This document shows positions 13,601-26,869 of a DNA stretch of 64,000 bases, one piece after another. A program made the position numbers and the translations under genes. Origin of the DNA: Lingula anatina (Eukaryota > Animalia > Brachiopoda); contig CM120642.1 of the NCBI GenBank assembly GCA_051362555.1, forward strand, positions 30,442,001-30,506,000, written 5' to 3'. How positions within the stretch are numbered: the first letter of the stretch is position 1; every line of letters starts with the position of its first letter. The notes under the pieces were generated by a model that saw nothing but the letters and a program-made list of their open reading frames with translations, did no database searches and had not been told where the DNA came from.

Positions 13601-15739
13601 GGACAAATTTACTCTACATAAACAATGTTGTAAAATCAAAGAAAATGGTAAGTAATATTACTTACATATATTACTACATATGTTATTCCTAAACAATGTT
13701 CCGTACTCAGTAAATTAAGCGATTGCAAACAGTAATGTCAATTGGGGATGATTTCGTAATGATGAATGTTTCACTGACACTGATGTAGTTATATGTAAGC
13801 TTAAGTGGGTTTCTTTACTTCCAGTGCATGGGTTGGTCCTGGTATCTAGCCAATGACATGCAGTTCTTTGTTATCAGTCCTTTAATTCTATTTCCTCTGT
13901 TTTGGTAAGTCAGTAGAAAGTGATTTACATAATCCTCGAAATTCAAGATGATATTTTTCTAAAGAAAGACATTTAATTAATATGTATATTTGTAATAGTG
14001 CCTATCGCATATAACTTTTGTTAAGACACAAACTTTACGTTAAATTATCAGGTTGGCAGGTTGTGAACGAAGCATTTAATATACGTTCATAAACCAATTT
14101 TGAAAAACGGGTTCATGGTAATGGGGATTTATGACGATAAAAAAATTTCCCGTGATATGTGTAACGTTAATAAGTTTATTCACACAAGTTTAACTGCGTT
14201 AATGACTTTTGTATAAGGAACGAGATAATTGGCGTGGGTGTTTTGCTTGCAACTCTGCTCGGATCATGGATAACAACTGGTATAGTCTCCAACGTCAATC
14301 AACTCCCACCAGGATCTACCAACCAGGCAGGGTAAGTCAGCTTAATTGCTTTCTCTCTATCGTTAACGTGTTTCAATACAATGCTTTTCGCCATAAAAGA
14401 TATGAGTGATATTACCTTTTATAATTATTATAATTAATTATTTTGTTCGTAGAAAATGAACATCGTTCACAATCTCATTCTTAATTCTAAATCAATATTT
14501 TCCATAAAATATTATTATTATTAATTTTTTTGTTTGCAGTTTTGATATATTATATGTTAAACCATGGATACGAATAGGACCTTACTTAATAGGGATGCTG
14601 GTTGGTTATATATTGTACGTTACTGAGTGCAAACCCAAACTAAACAGGGTAGGTAACATTTCTTTATTTCAAAGAAATGGATTTTCAGTATATGGAAACG
14701 TATATACAGTATATCTAACGAACTGAATATGATAGAACATTCTATTTTCGAAAAAAGAGAATTTCTGGTGTTTCTTCGCACTGGCATGGGGAAATGTAAT
14801 ATTAACAACTCTGATTCTTCTTACCTGCTCCTCAAGACATAATTAATATCATTATGAAATTATCTTAATTATTTTGAATCATTTTCAGTTAACGGCATTA
14901 ATTGGCTGGGTGGTAGCTACGGCAACTGCCCTCGCACTGGTATACGGCCTTTATGACGTTTACCAAGGTCACCCGCTCAGTAACGATGTTGGCGCATTTT
15001 ACAACGCAGTCTCAAGAACTGCTTGGGGTGCATGTGTTGGTTGGGTTATATATGCTTGCTGTACTGGATATGGAGGTTAGCGTTTACATTCTCTCCTCCC
15101 TGTGATATATATATATAGTTATTTTATCAGTTACATAAATACATTATAAGCATACTGCGTGTTCGTTATGAGGCTTATACGTTGCCATATGCCCATTTCG
15201 CAGTTCAAACGTTTAAACGAAGTTGATAGTGCATTAATACAGACACTTTCTAATTTTTTTTTTACAAAAATAGGCCCTGAAATGTGTTTCAATTATTCTG
15301 TGATATTTACCTTGTAGGGTTCGTGAATACCTTAATGTCCTGGAAGGCGTTTGTACCTCTGAGTCGTCTGACATACTGTGCCTATCTCATCCATCCTATC
15401 ATTATGTATGTGGTATATATGGGAAGAGAGACGCTTATACATGCTACAGATGTGACAATGGTGAGTTTTAGATTTTTTTCTAGTAGCCATAGGGACCATT
15501 TTACATTTGTGTCGAAATTGATTTGACCCCGATTTTTCACATTCATATCTCTTGTTATGTCTTTTAATGCCATGGCTTTTTCTATTGTAACTGCTTTTGA
15601 AATGTTTATTTTACAGACATATATCTACTTTGGAAACATGGTGGCGTCGTTTGCGGGTGCTTTCATCGTATCCATGGTCTTTGAAGCTCCAATGATGGGG
15701 CTTGAAAAAGCTATATTACGGCGGGAAAAGTCAGCATAG
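6792..15739 (+). CDS. NRF-6/OACYL-like O-acyltransferase, copy B, complete 15-exon gene (~750 aa)
   Basis: Exons 6792-7155 (signal peptide MSRYKCAILQCVILVLMIVTIAKA), 9088-9278 (FDASAKLPRGVLDGNFRWLGSYSECL, NRF domain), 9844-9931, 10497-10596, 10943-11163, 11364-11531, 12234-12330, 12887-12985, 13479-13647, 13825-13904, 14218-14331, 14540-14648, 14889-15075, 15318-15460, 15617-15739. Total 2253 nt, open frame, GT-AG introns. An upstream in-frame ATG at 6762 is possible. Confidence 0.9.
8324..8529 (+). mobile_element. Helentron-associated (DINE-1/pearl-like) non-autonomous element in B intron 1
   Basis: T-rich start, subterminal stem TCCCGC...CGGGGA, (TCGT/TCTG)-like repeat, 3' GCGGGTA plus a short hairpin and CTCGTTT end. 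A copy is shared with C. Confidence 0.55.
10659..10806. mobile_element. 148-bp GC-rich hAT-like MITE in B intron 4
   Basis: TIR CAGGGCCGTAGCC / GGCTACGGCCCTG with a 5-bp direct repeat GTATG on both flanks. Empty site in paralog C (~20985). Confidence 0.85.
11761..11910. mobile_element. Truncated copy of a palindromic MITE family (GGATCGATC...TATGGGAACCCAGTC) in B intron 6
   Basis: Similar to 55420-55669 and 57359-57452; absent at the same position in C (~21905). Confidence 0.7.
13095..13455 (+). repeat. 34-bp minisatellite (15+19 bp CCATG-based subunits) in B intron 8
   Basis: Repeats of CCATGGTCCTGTGTGCCATGATTTCACATTTGTA and variants, running up to the acceptor of exon 9. Confidence 0.85.
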
Positions 15740-16742
15740 ACTGCTGGAAAAACATGGAGCAGAGGAACAAAGCCGTATGAGGCAAAGCTGGTCTTGTATC
15801 CATTCTTACTTTTACCCAAACTTAAATCCATCTAGTATACGAATATATTACAAAAAGAACAAACAATGGGATCTTACATTCCCAAGTGCAGCTTTTAGAC
15901 TTCTTATAAAGTTTCTGCTAAATAGGGGTAGTTTTTCACAGTTACGTAATGTAACAATAAAAAAATCAAATGGAGAACTTTCTTAAAGCAGTTGTGGATC
16001 ATATAACATGGTCATGATGCATTACCTCGGAAATGAGACTGTTCTTAGAGTACCTACGCTTATCTATATTTGGAGACTTTTTATTTATATTTGAATGCAG
16101 ACTTATATTATTTGATTGTTATTTAAATTCTTATGGTGCCAATATAAACGGAGTATGTATGTGTTTTTAAAAGGACTTTCAGTTAAATGATGTCAATGTT
16201 AAATGTTTATTATGTGGGATGCATAATGCATTGTATTTGAACAAACAATTTGTTTTTTTTATTGCGAATTATACTTTTATTTGATGAATGACTCTGAGTA
16301 TACTTTATATTTGATGCCTATTTTTATTATTCTTTGAGGACATTATACTTGACCAGATAGACAAGGTTTTAAAAATACAGATATCCTATCTCACTCTCGC
16401 GCACACGCGCACACACACACACACACGCACACGTACATGTACAAACACTTGTATCAGTGTCAGGTTGTTTGTCATAACGCCCCTTCTCCTAGAACGCCTG
16501 TCATGTCAATCAACAGACCAAAGAGTCTATAAGTGGACGCTTACGTGACTGTCTTGAACTTTGACCCCTAGTGTTTGCTTCTTCCCATCTATCACGTGGT
16601 TCGAATAATCTATGACGTCAACATATACAAATAATATCTCGCAGCATAAGATGTACTTAAACGTTAAGGTAGCTTTGCGACCTAGTCATTTACCGACGCC
16701 TAGTTGATATAGATGTTCATATTTATGTTACCTAAAGACGTG

Positions 16743-18301
16743 ATGTCGAGATATAAGTGTGCCGTCCTTCAGTGTGTTGTTTTGGTCTTAATGACCGTCA
16801 CGATAGCCAAGGCTCAGTGGGTTGAGACGAACGACATTCCTTATAACGTTGGTCATGTTTTCAGTAAAATCAACCGCCTCAGATCTCAGTATCAAGAACC
16901 TCAAGAAGAATCTCAGCAGCAGATTCTAGTGAACTCTCTTCTTTACAATGGAAAATCCGTGGATCATACTACGGTGACGTCTTTATTAGAAGGCGTTAGA
17001 CAGCTAAAGGCTGGGGCCCTGGACGTCAACGTCTCCGAGACTTGCTTCAATAGAACTGTGCAATATCTCGAGGGACTGATGAATAGGCAATACTGGGCCA
17101 TAAGAAGTGAGTACAAAGCGTTAATGACCGAAAGAAGGGGGAAATAATAAGAGACGCTGGACGGCGCACCTGGCATTTTGCTTTTATTCAATCAGAGTAC
17201 ACTTAAGGCTGTGGTAGGCCTATTTTAATCAACTGTTAGTGCAGAGATTCGTCACACATATAAACTTAGGATACTTCTCTGTTTGAAAAGCCTACGTTTA
17301 ACAACAGAATTAAGAGCTATGTTATGGTTATGGTGCAATATTAGGCCAACCGAAACCGTAATGTAGTACATTTGTTGTAAATCTAATAGAATGTCGCCTA
17401 GAGACGGGCGCTCTTTGTCTTATCACGTAATTAAGTGATGTTAGTCCATATCATATATCATGTAGATAAGGATCTTAAGTACACGTCAGGTGGAATGAAG
17501 TCAGCTCTAATCGGCACGGGTCCTATTATTTTTGTTTTTCGCGTCACCCATCCAATGATTGATTGATTGATTGCTGAGCACGTGATAGGTTAAATGAGGA
17601 CTGGCATATAACAAATTAACTCCGTACTTGCCCCAGACTGTCAAGTGTTACAAAGTTTCGTGTCTACGGTTTAAGTGCTAAATATACTGTAGGATCCATC
17701 GTTATGGGTGTTAAAATGTAGGTACAAGTGGACATAAACGCGCCAGCAGGTAATTATTTTAAATTTAGTTTCGGTCTTTTATTTAGTAATGCCATTTGTC
17801 TCTTGAGCGACGTTCTCACAGGGTATCGATAAATGTGTGTGCGTGGGCGTGCGAGTGTACGTTAATATGTGTAGTCTGATTTAAAATATGTGCACCCGGA
17901 TTTACAGATATAACTTTGACAAACTTTATCATGTGAAAAGAAGAAATGGTATAATACTGGGATAGTGCACATTGAAATCTGTCGAATATTCATCTTCTCG
18001 CTGGCTCCCAAATGTACAACGTGCTGTATGTAGAAAAATTAGATAAATATTAACTAGCGTTGTCGCATGGTCCTATGTTATGTTTGCAGTGATGTGTCAC
18101 TGAGTGTGATTGTGAAATCCTAAGATATTCGATAAATATTAACCGATTCTATAACTCTGTAGGCTGGAGATAGGGTATACGGTTATATCCGTCATCATGT
18201 GCCACTGAGTCTTTACTTCCACAGTGTGACTAGGACATGATAAGTAGTATTGGAAGACAAAGTCAAATGATATATTATTGTGATTTACAAGTCTTTTGCG
18301 T

Positions 18302-18340
<39 letters not shown>

Positions 18341-18620
18341 TACCCCTATTTATTATTCCCGCACTTTTCTTACAAAGTCGGGGATCATGTTATCCCGTCT
18401 CTTCGTCTGTTCGTTCGTTAGTAATTTCCTCCTTATATTGTATGTATATATAAGCAGTGTCAGAGATATTCAGGGATTGGTGCTTCTGGGGTTGATGTTC
18501 TCTTAACTATGTGGGTGCGGGTATGTGCGCTGGCTACCCATTGTCAGCATCTAGTTTATCTATATTTGCGGCTTGAGAGTTTAAATAAAAAGCCAGATCG
18601 ATTTATTTTCACCTTGATAA

Positions 18621-18659
<39 letters not shown>

Positions 18660-20377
18660 GAAAATGAAACCGTATGCGATCACGGCCTGGATAAGTAAAG
18701 CTTTGTCAAAACAGGCTTTGCTTTTAGACCATGTCCAAGCCAACGTTTACAGCAAAAATTCATAACACTTTGATTTGATTTACTGAAAATGCATCACCAA
18801 AAATTAAGAAAGATTCTGAATAGTAAGGTTATGTCACCCTTTTCGTAATTATCATGTTGTTTTGTGGTTTTATTATTACATGTATTACGTTTATTTATAT
18901 GTTGTCGAACAAACTTATTAATCGAGCCGGAAAATAAAAATGAACACCTTTCCATGATTCGCGTGGAATGCAAATATTGACAAATATGGCTTATCTTGAC
19001 AAAAAAAAAAAAAAAAAAAAAAATGGTTTGTAAATTAAAATCAAACCGCTCCCAAATTTATTCCCGTTTTCAATACATTTTTTATGTTTCAATGGCTGTT
19101 GGGGCCGTGTAAAGAATTTTTTTAAAAAATGCCAGATGTAATTAAATGTACATTATTTAATTCTCATTTTTAGTGTTTGATGCCTCGGCCAAACTACCAA
19201 GCGGTGTGCTGGACGGGAATTTCAGATGGCTGGGTTCCTACAGCGAGTGTCTGGCCGTGGACGCCTATGTCCAGTACAATGTGACCAACCCTGACAACAC
19301 CACCTGGACAGCGGATGACCAGTTTGGTGGACAGTACTGTACGGGCTACGTAGGGATACAACAGGTGGGGAACAGGAGATAACCATCAAAGACGGAACGT
19401 TACTTTAACGTTACCGTAACGTTTATATAACCAAAGAACGTTATGGTGAAGTTATTAAACGTTCTGGGTGTTGGGTAGATACTGTGATATGCATGTACGG
19501 GACAAAGATTGTCAGAGGTCACTGACAATTCACCCTTACACTATCAGCATGTCTTTGCTGTCTCCCCTCACTGGGAAGGACAAAAACATGTTGGTGATTT
19601 AGAAGTGAGTTTCCAGGGATCTCGGAGACGAAGGGTGGTATTAGAACGAATTTCCTGACTTTTGGCATTTGGAGGACGATCAGATTTATACTATTTATTA
19701 TACATTGTTCTTCCGTTTCTTAAACAGCATGCGTATTCTTCCGTCAATAACGAACATGCGAGAACCCATCAAAGAATGTACGGGTAAATCTGGGTTCGAA
19801 GTGGCAATTAAGTTATGATAAGTAAAAATAATGGATCCCTAATAGACCTCAATCTAAACCCATTTATATTCTAAGATCTTAATAATTTGGCCACGGCTGT
19901 TGAATTAAATGAGCACATTTCTGCTTTGGTTTAATGCTAAATGTTCATATTTTAGCCCGGCCTACCACCTGCGACTCTTAGCATTGGTTTATGTGTTCCA
20001 GCAGGATGCAGTAACCAAGACTTGAGGCACTTATTGAACGCATGTAAGTAACCTACACTATTCTTTCTCCTGATCCATTAACATACATGTATTTAATAAA
20101 TAAACAATGTAGTGATGAAAACATTGGGTTTATAGTGTTATGATCTCTCAGTATGTAAAAAGTGGAGGTTTTTCTGCATAACTCGGAATTAATTGATCTT
20201 TATAGTGCCATTGTTATTTCGGTCTGTTCCTTCCTCACAGAAGCACTTCTCCGCCTGATTATAACTCGCAATGAAAAGTTATGTATTCAGAACGGTTTCA
20301 ATAATAAACGCTCTACTTGAAGCTGCAGGAGGTGGGTGATTTGGTTTTAATCTCACCCCATCAAGTTATCCCACCAG

Positions 20378-20425
<48 letters not shown>

Positions 20426-23400
20426 TTGCCCAGAGAGGGAGTTGCAATTAATATTGCACTTGCTAAAACTAGAATTAAAACAGTTTTGTGTGGAACCTAT
20501 GTGAACGCGGCTCACGACGAGAAAGGATTAAATGACATATTCCATGCGTCGTAGTCACGGATTTAGTTAGGGAGGGATTCGAAAAACTGAAGTGTCTACT
20601 AGCTTTGAGCTGGGGAAGTTATTTCACTAGAATTTATTATATTATGTCTGCTTCCATTTTTAAGGTATGATACAATCCACATCCACGTTTTGATGCTAAT
20701 TTTGAATTAAAGTATATATGATTGACCTTTTCTGGCAATTCTTTAGATCGTAAAACTAAATCCCCATCCCTCCTTGTCTGCGGACTTTTTCTGATCAGGA
20801 ACAATGATTGAATGGGCATATTATTATTATTGTTATGATTGTTATTATCATTTCAGTTATATCTATCCTACGAATAAAATCTCCACTTTTGGATAAGGCT
20901 GCTTTTGCCTGCAACAAACAAGACCGACCGTTGAACAGCGGTGCAATTGCAGTTATGTAAGTTCTCTCTTCAGCGTTCTACGTGTGTGTATGTACGTGTG
21001 TGTGTGTGTGTGCGTGTGTTAACTGGAATCTCGACGGTGGTCTCTTGAAATGATTGTCTGAATGAAGAGAAATCAACACCACAATATTCTCATTCTCAGT
21101 CAAGACAATTTCATTTCTTCTAAACTAAAATGCTTTTCTTACAGATGCATCGCAGGGTTAGTTGTGCTATGTGTACTTATTGGAACCATATATGACATCG
21201 TACACCAGAACATGGGTTTTAATCACAAACCATTGATTCCATATGCCAGTGAGACAAAAGTCATCAGTAATGGCGCTGCCTCCATAAGTGTTGATGAACA
21301 CACACCACTAATACATTCTCAGAAAAATGTGGGTTATTCGAATTCCGAAAATAATGGCGCAAATGGTAAGTGTGGAGTATGATGTAGAAATTTTTCAAAA
21401 TTTGAATCATTTTATTTTCTTATTAATTAGTCTTTCATTCTCTCACACACACACTCACTCATTCGTGTTCCCTCACTCAATTTTTTTCACTTACTCACTC
21501 ACTTCAGTGTGTTTTCCTGTCATCCACTTGCTCATTCACTTTTGATTACCCTTATTTTCAGGCATTATGCATAAGATCCTTGTAGCTTTTTCTGTATACA
21601 CAAACGGTGCCAAAGTTCTGAACACCAAGCAAGCCAGTGGGGCTCTCACTTGTGTCAACGGAATACGGTTTCTGAGTCTCTCCTGGGTTATTTGGGGACA
21701 CACATACTATTTTGCAGCAACCGTGACTGGTAAGTTAGTTAATGTGTTAACTATATTCCTTATCTAAAAATATTAAGCATGTTGCAGGATGCATCGTAAA
21801 TTTGATGATAATCGCAATGATCCTTAAATATGGCATGTAGTTGTACACTCTGAGGGCGTAATATTTTCTGTCTCCTCCATCCCAGTGTACCACAAACTTT
21901 CATACACTGTAGTCTCATTCACAACAAAAAAGGCAACCAAGACTATTGTTTGTTCGAGATTTGGCCAAACAAGGCCGCTTTTGTGATACAACCCCAGTTC
22001 CTAATCATTTTAACAATTTTAACAATGTAACAAATTGTGGCCTACATTAAATGTTATGGCCCTGCTTTAGGGATGGAAAATATATGTTAAATATTCAATA
22101 ATACTCATCATCCTAACATAATGACATAACGAGTCAGCAAAAATTAATATTTACCAACAATTTTGACCAAATTTCGTTTGTGGGGTTGCAAAGAGTTTGT
22201 ACAATTAATAGTATTGTCAATAAAGGTCTCCTGTTTTTGTCTTTCAGATAATATATCCTCTGTAACTCAGGATTTAATGAAACGGTGGACGATGCAAGTC
22301 TTAATTAGCGGTCCCTTTTCCGTGGATTCTTTCTTTGTTCTGAGGTAAGCAATACTATTACAATTGTGCGGCACATGAAAGCTACACTCAAGTGTGTTAG
22401 TACGCGGAACCTCAACAAGTTAATTCTTATATGGTTTTATACGTCTCAGATGCATATTGAACTCTTAAACAGGTAAAGGCTTTATGATATAACACAATTG
22501 CTTAGACAGATCTAAGACAACCAATTTGGCTGAAATATTTTCCCAATCACGAGAATCTTAATCTTTGTATACGGTAGAAAAAAATTGCGCGTTTTTGCCC
22601 ATACCAGATATAATTTGTCTTACGAAAAATAAAAAGTCACCTATTAGCATAATGATGGAAGTCCACTTCTAAGGTATAAATGACTCTTAAAAGGGTGTGG
22701 TACATTTTAGGATGTAACACATATGCAATGTATATACCAAGTAGGTAGTTATATTAAGATTTCATTGATCACAGATTCTCTTTTTATTTTATACGTGTAT
22801 GGGAAGAAACAAATTGGAATGGATGGTCTTGCCCACTTTTTATCCTCTATGCACTCATTTACTTCTTTGTACTAAAAAACCGTCTCTTTCAGCGGTCTTC
22901 TTGTCACATATCTTACCATGAGAGAGATGAAGAAGGGGAGTGGTAGATTTAGGATCAACTGGGGACTATATTATTTCCACAGATTCTGGAGGTAGGTCCA
23001 ATAGATTAAAAGATATTCCAAAATTATAATAAGGTTATATGTATGATGAAATTTAAAAGCAAAATAAAAATTCCTCCGATGGTTTCATCCGGGACAAGAT
23101 CCGATCTGTGCCAGGACTCTACGTATGTACCATGATCCTGTGTACCAGGACCCTACGTATGTACCATGATCCTATATACCAAGACCCTACGTATGGTGTA
23201 CCATTACCCTGTGTACCATGATGTGATGTTTGTACTTTGATCCTGTGTACCTTGATTTCACATTTGTACCATGGTCCTGTGTACCATGATTTCACATTTG
23301 TACCATTGTCTTGTGTACCATGATTTCACATTTGTACCATGGTCCTGTGTACCATGATTTCACATTTATACCATGGTTCTGTGTGCCATTAATTTAAATA

Positions 23401-25652
23401 AGTACCATGACCCTGTGAACCCTTTCTGCGTGTGTACAGTGACTAGACCCCATGTGCCATGACTTTCATTTTCTTTGTCTTTCCAGACTAACCCCGCCCT
23501 ATATGTTGGTGCTTTTGGTGTATGTTCCCACTATATACTACTGGACAAACGGCCCTATGTGGGTCAGTACCGTTGATGGTTTCGACCCTTACTGTGGCGA
23601 ATCTTGGTGGACAAATTTACTCTACATAAACAATGTTGTAAAATCAAAGAAAATGGTAAGAAGTAATTAATTCCTCAACCATGTTCCGTTATTTAAGCGT
23701 TACGTAACAGCGTTAAGTAAAGTCAATTGGGGATGATTTCGTAATGATGAATGTTTCACTAACATTTACCTGTGATATGATGTAGGAATATGTAAGCTTA
23801 AGTGGTTTTCTATACTTTCAGTGCATGGGTTGGTCCTGGTATCTAGCCAATGACATGCAGTTCTTTGTTATCAGTCCTCTAATTCTGTTTCCTCTGTTTT
23901 GGTAAGTCAGTAGAAAGTGATTTAGATAACCCTCGAAATTCAAGATGATATTTTTCTAAAGAAAGACATTTAATTAATATGTATATTTGCAATAGTGCCT
24001 ATCGCATATAACTTTTGGCATAATTAAGTCCCAAACTTTACGTTAATTATAAACCATTCATATATATATGGTTTATATATGGTTTATATATTCATAAACC
24101 ATTTTGAAAAACGGGTTCTTGGTAATGGAGATTATAAAGTTCAACTTCTTTAATGACTTTTGTATTAGGAACGAGATAATTGGCGTGGGTGTTTTGCTTG
24201 CAACTCTGCTCGGATCATGGATAACAACTGGTATAGTGTCCAACGTCAATCAACTCGCACCAGGATCTCCCAACCAGGCAGGGTGAGTCAGCTTAATTGA
24301 TTATTCGTTATCTTTTACTTGTTTCAATACAATTTGTTTTTGGCCATAATAGGTCCGTGTGGTACTACCTTTTATAATTATTATAATAAATGAACAAGTA
24401 ATTCTTAATTCTAAATCAATATACTCCATAAAATATTTTTATTATTATTAACTTTTTGTTTGCAGAAGTTTTGACATGTTATATGTTAAACCATGGATAC
24501 GAATAGGACCTTATTTAATAGGGATGCTGGTTGGTTATATATTGTACGTTACTGAATGCAAACCCAAACTTAACAGGGTAGGTAACATTTCTTTATTTAA
24601 TGTATTTTCAGTATATGGGAACGTATATATCTAACGAACTGAACATGGTAGAACATTCTGTTTTTGAAAAAAAGAGAATTACTGGTGTTTCTTTGCACTG
24701 CCATAGGGAAATGTAATATTAAAAACTCTGATTCTTCTTACCTGCTCCTGAAACAATGATTAATATCATTATGAAATTATCTTAATTATTTTGAATCATT
24801 TTCAGTTAACTGCATTAATTGGCTGGATGGTAGCTACGGCAACTGCCCTCGCACTGGTATACGGCCTTTATGACGTTTACCAAGGTCACCCGCTCAGTAA
24901 CGATGTTGGCGCATTTTACAACGCAGTCTCAAGAACCGCTTGGGGTGCGTGTGTTGGTTGGGTTATATACGCCTGCTGTACTGGATATGGAGGTAAGCAT
25001 TTACATTTTGTCCTCTATGTGATATATATATATATATATAGTTATTTTATCAGTTACATAAATACATTATAAGGATACTACGTGTTCGTTATGAGGCTTA
25101 TACGTTGCCATATGCCCATTTCGCAGTGCTAACGTTTAAGCGAAGTTGATAGTACATTCATACAGATACCTTTCTAAATTTTTACACATGGGAAATGTGT
25201 TTAAATTATTCTGTGATATTTACCTTGTAGGGTTCGTGAACACCTTAATGTCCTGGAAGGCGTTTGTACCTCTGAGTCGTCTGACATACTGTGCCTATCT
25301 CATCCATCCAATCATTATGTATGTGGTATATGTGGGGAGAGAGACGCTCATACATGCCACAGATGTGACAATGGTGAGTTTTAGATTATTTTTCTCGTAG
25401 CGAGGGCCCATTATACATTTGTGTCGAAATTGATTTAACCCCGATTTTTCACATTCATATCTCTTGTTATGTCTTTTAATGCAATGGCTTTTTCTATTGT
25501 AAATGCTTATGAAATATTTATATTTACAGACATATATTTACTTTGGAAACATGGTGGCGTCGTTTGCCGGTGCTTTCATCGTATCCATGGTCTTTGAAGC
25601 TCCAATGATGGGGCTTGAAAAAGCTATATTACGGCGGGAAAAGTCAGCATAG
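16743..25652 (+). CDS. NRF-6/OACYL-like O-acyltransferase, copy C, complete; recent tandem duplicate of B
   Basis: Exons 16743-17106, 19174-19364, 19956-20043, 20857-20956, 21145-21365, 21562-21729, 22248-22344, 22893-22991, 23487-23655, 23822-23901, 24169-24282, 24466/24469-24577, 24806-24992, 25231-25373, 25530-25652. Introns and flanks align with B at an offset of ~9.9 kb. Confidence 0.9.
18350..18557 (+). mobile_element. Helentron-associated element, paralogous copy in C intron 1
   Basis: Same structure as 8324-8529, ending CTAGTTT. It predates the B/C duplication. Confidence 0.55.
23105..23463 (+). repeat. 34-bp minisatellite, paralogous array in C intron 8
   Basis: Same unit as in B with a different arrangement of variants. 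Confidence 0.85.
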
Positions 25653-26705
25653 ACTGCTGGAAATACATGGAGCAGAGGAACAAATCCGTATAAGGCAAAG
25701 CTGATCTTCTATCCATTCTTACTTTTAACCAAACTTAAATCCAATGGGATCCTACATTCCCAAGTGCAGCTTTTAGATTTCTTATAAAGTTTCTGCTTAA
25801 TCACTTGCAACAACTGAATCGGCTAAAGAGGGGTAGTTTTTCACAGTTACGTAATGTAATAATAACAAAATCAAATGGGCAACTTTCTTGAAGTAGTTGT
25901 GTATCATATAACATGCCCCGGGTCGACAATGCAATTTAAGTAATGGTCATGATGCATTACCTCGGAAATGGGACTGTTCTTACAGTATGCACGCTTATCC
26001 ATATTTGGAGACTTTTTATTTATATTTGAATGCAGACTTTTGATTGTTATTTAAATTCTTATGGTGCCAATATAAACGGAGTATGTATGTTTTTTTAAAA
26101 GGACTTCAGTTAATTGATGTCAGTGTAAAAATGTTTAATATTTGAGACGAATAATGCATTTTATTTGAACATACAATTTTTAATTGCGATTTATACTTAT
26201 TTATACTATTTGATGAATGACGCTGTGCGTAAATGGGCGAGTCAATTTTTTAACATATGGCAGTTCGACTAACTTCTTTCCACCCACGCTCATTTGTAAG
26301 TGAACAATCGATATATCACTTGTATTTAACCATTTTCTTTGCGTGTCCTTTCTCCTTGCATTTGTAAGTGAACAATCGATTTGGCACTTGTTCTTATATA
26401 AACATAGACAAGTTTTTATATTTATAAATAAAGGATTTTTGATAGATATAAGAGAAAAAATGTCTCTACTTCATGAATTGAAATAAAATGTAACCATGAT
26501 CAACAGTTGCTAAGACTATTATATGTCATCTCCATACCCGAAAAAAAAAATATATATATAAGACAAAAATGGATAAGAATTAATAATTTCATAAAATGAT
26601 ATCTTAGGATAATAAAGCAGATGACACACACACACACACACACTACTGTGTAATTCATCTAGCCAAGAGGTAACCGACGTGTTCATGTCAGCTGATCAAG
26701 AGACT

Positions 26706-26748
26706 GGACGTCATGTGACCTCTATACCAACCCTTTGGGTGTCACGTG
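26706..26748 (+). promoter_or_regulatory. Putative promoter elements of copy D: CRE-like/M-box and E-box
   Basis: GGACGTCATGTGAC (GTCATGTGAC 26710-26719) and GTCACGTG 26741-26748. The paralogous site in E is TGACGTCATGTGAC, 39035-39048. Confidence 0.45.
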
Positions 26749-26869
26749 TGGGCGGTACTCCGGCGAATGAGAATGCCACATTGGTAGTCGGCAGGGGTAG
26801 TATTTGTTAAAGTCCTTTGGTGGGATTGAATATTTTTGGTTACAACGTTTCGGTGACGAGTATTCAGAA

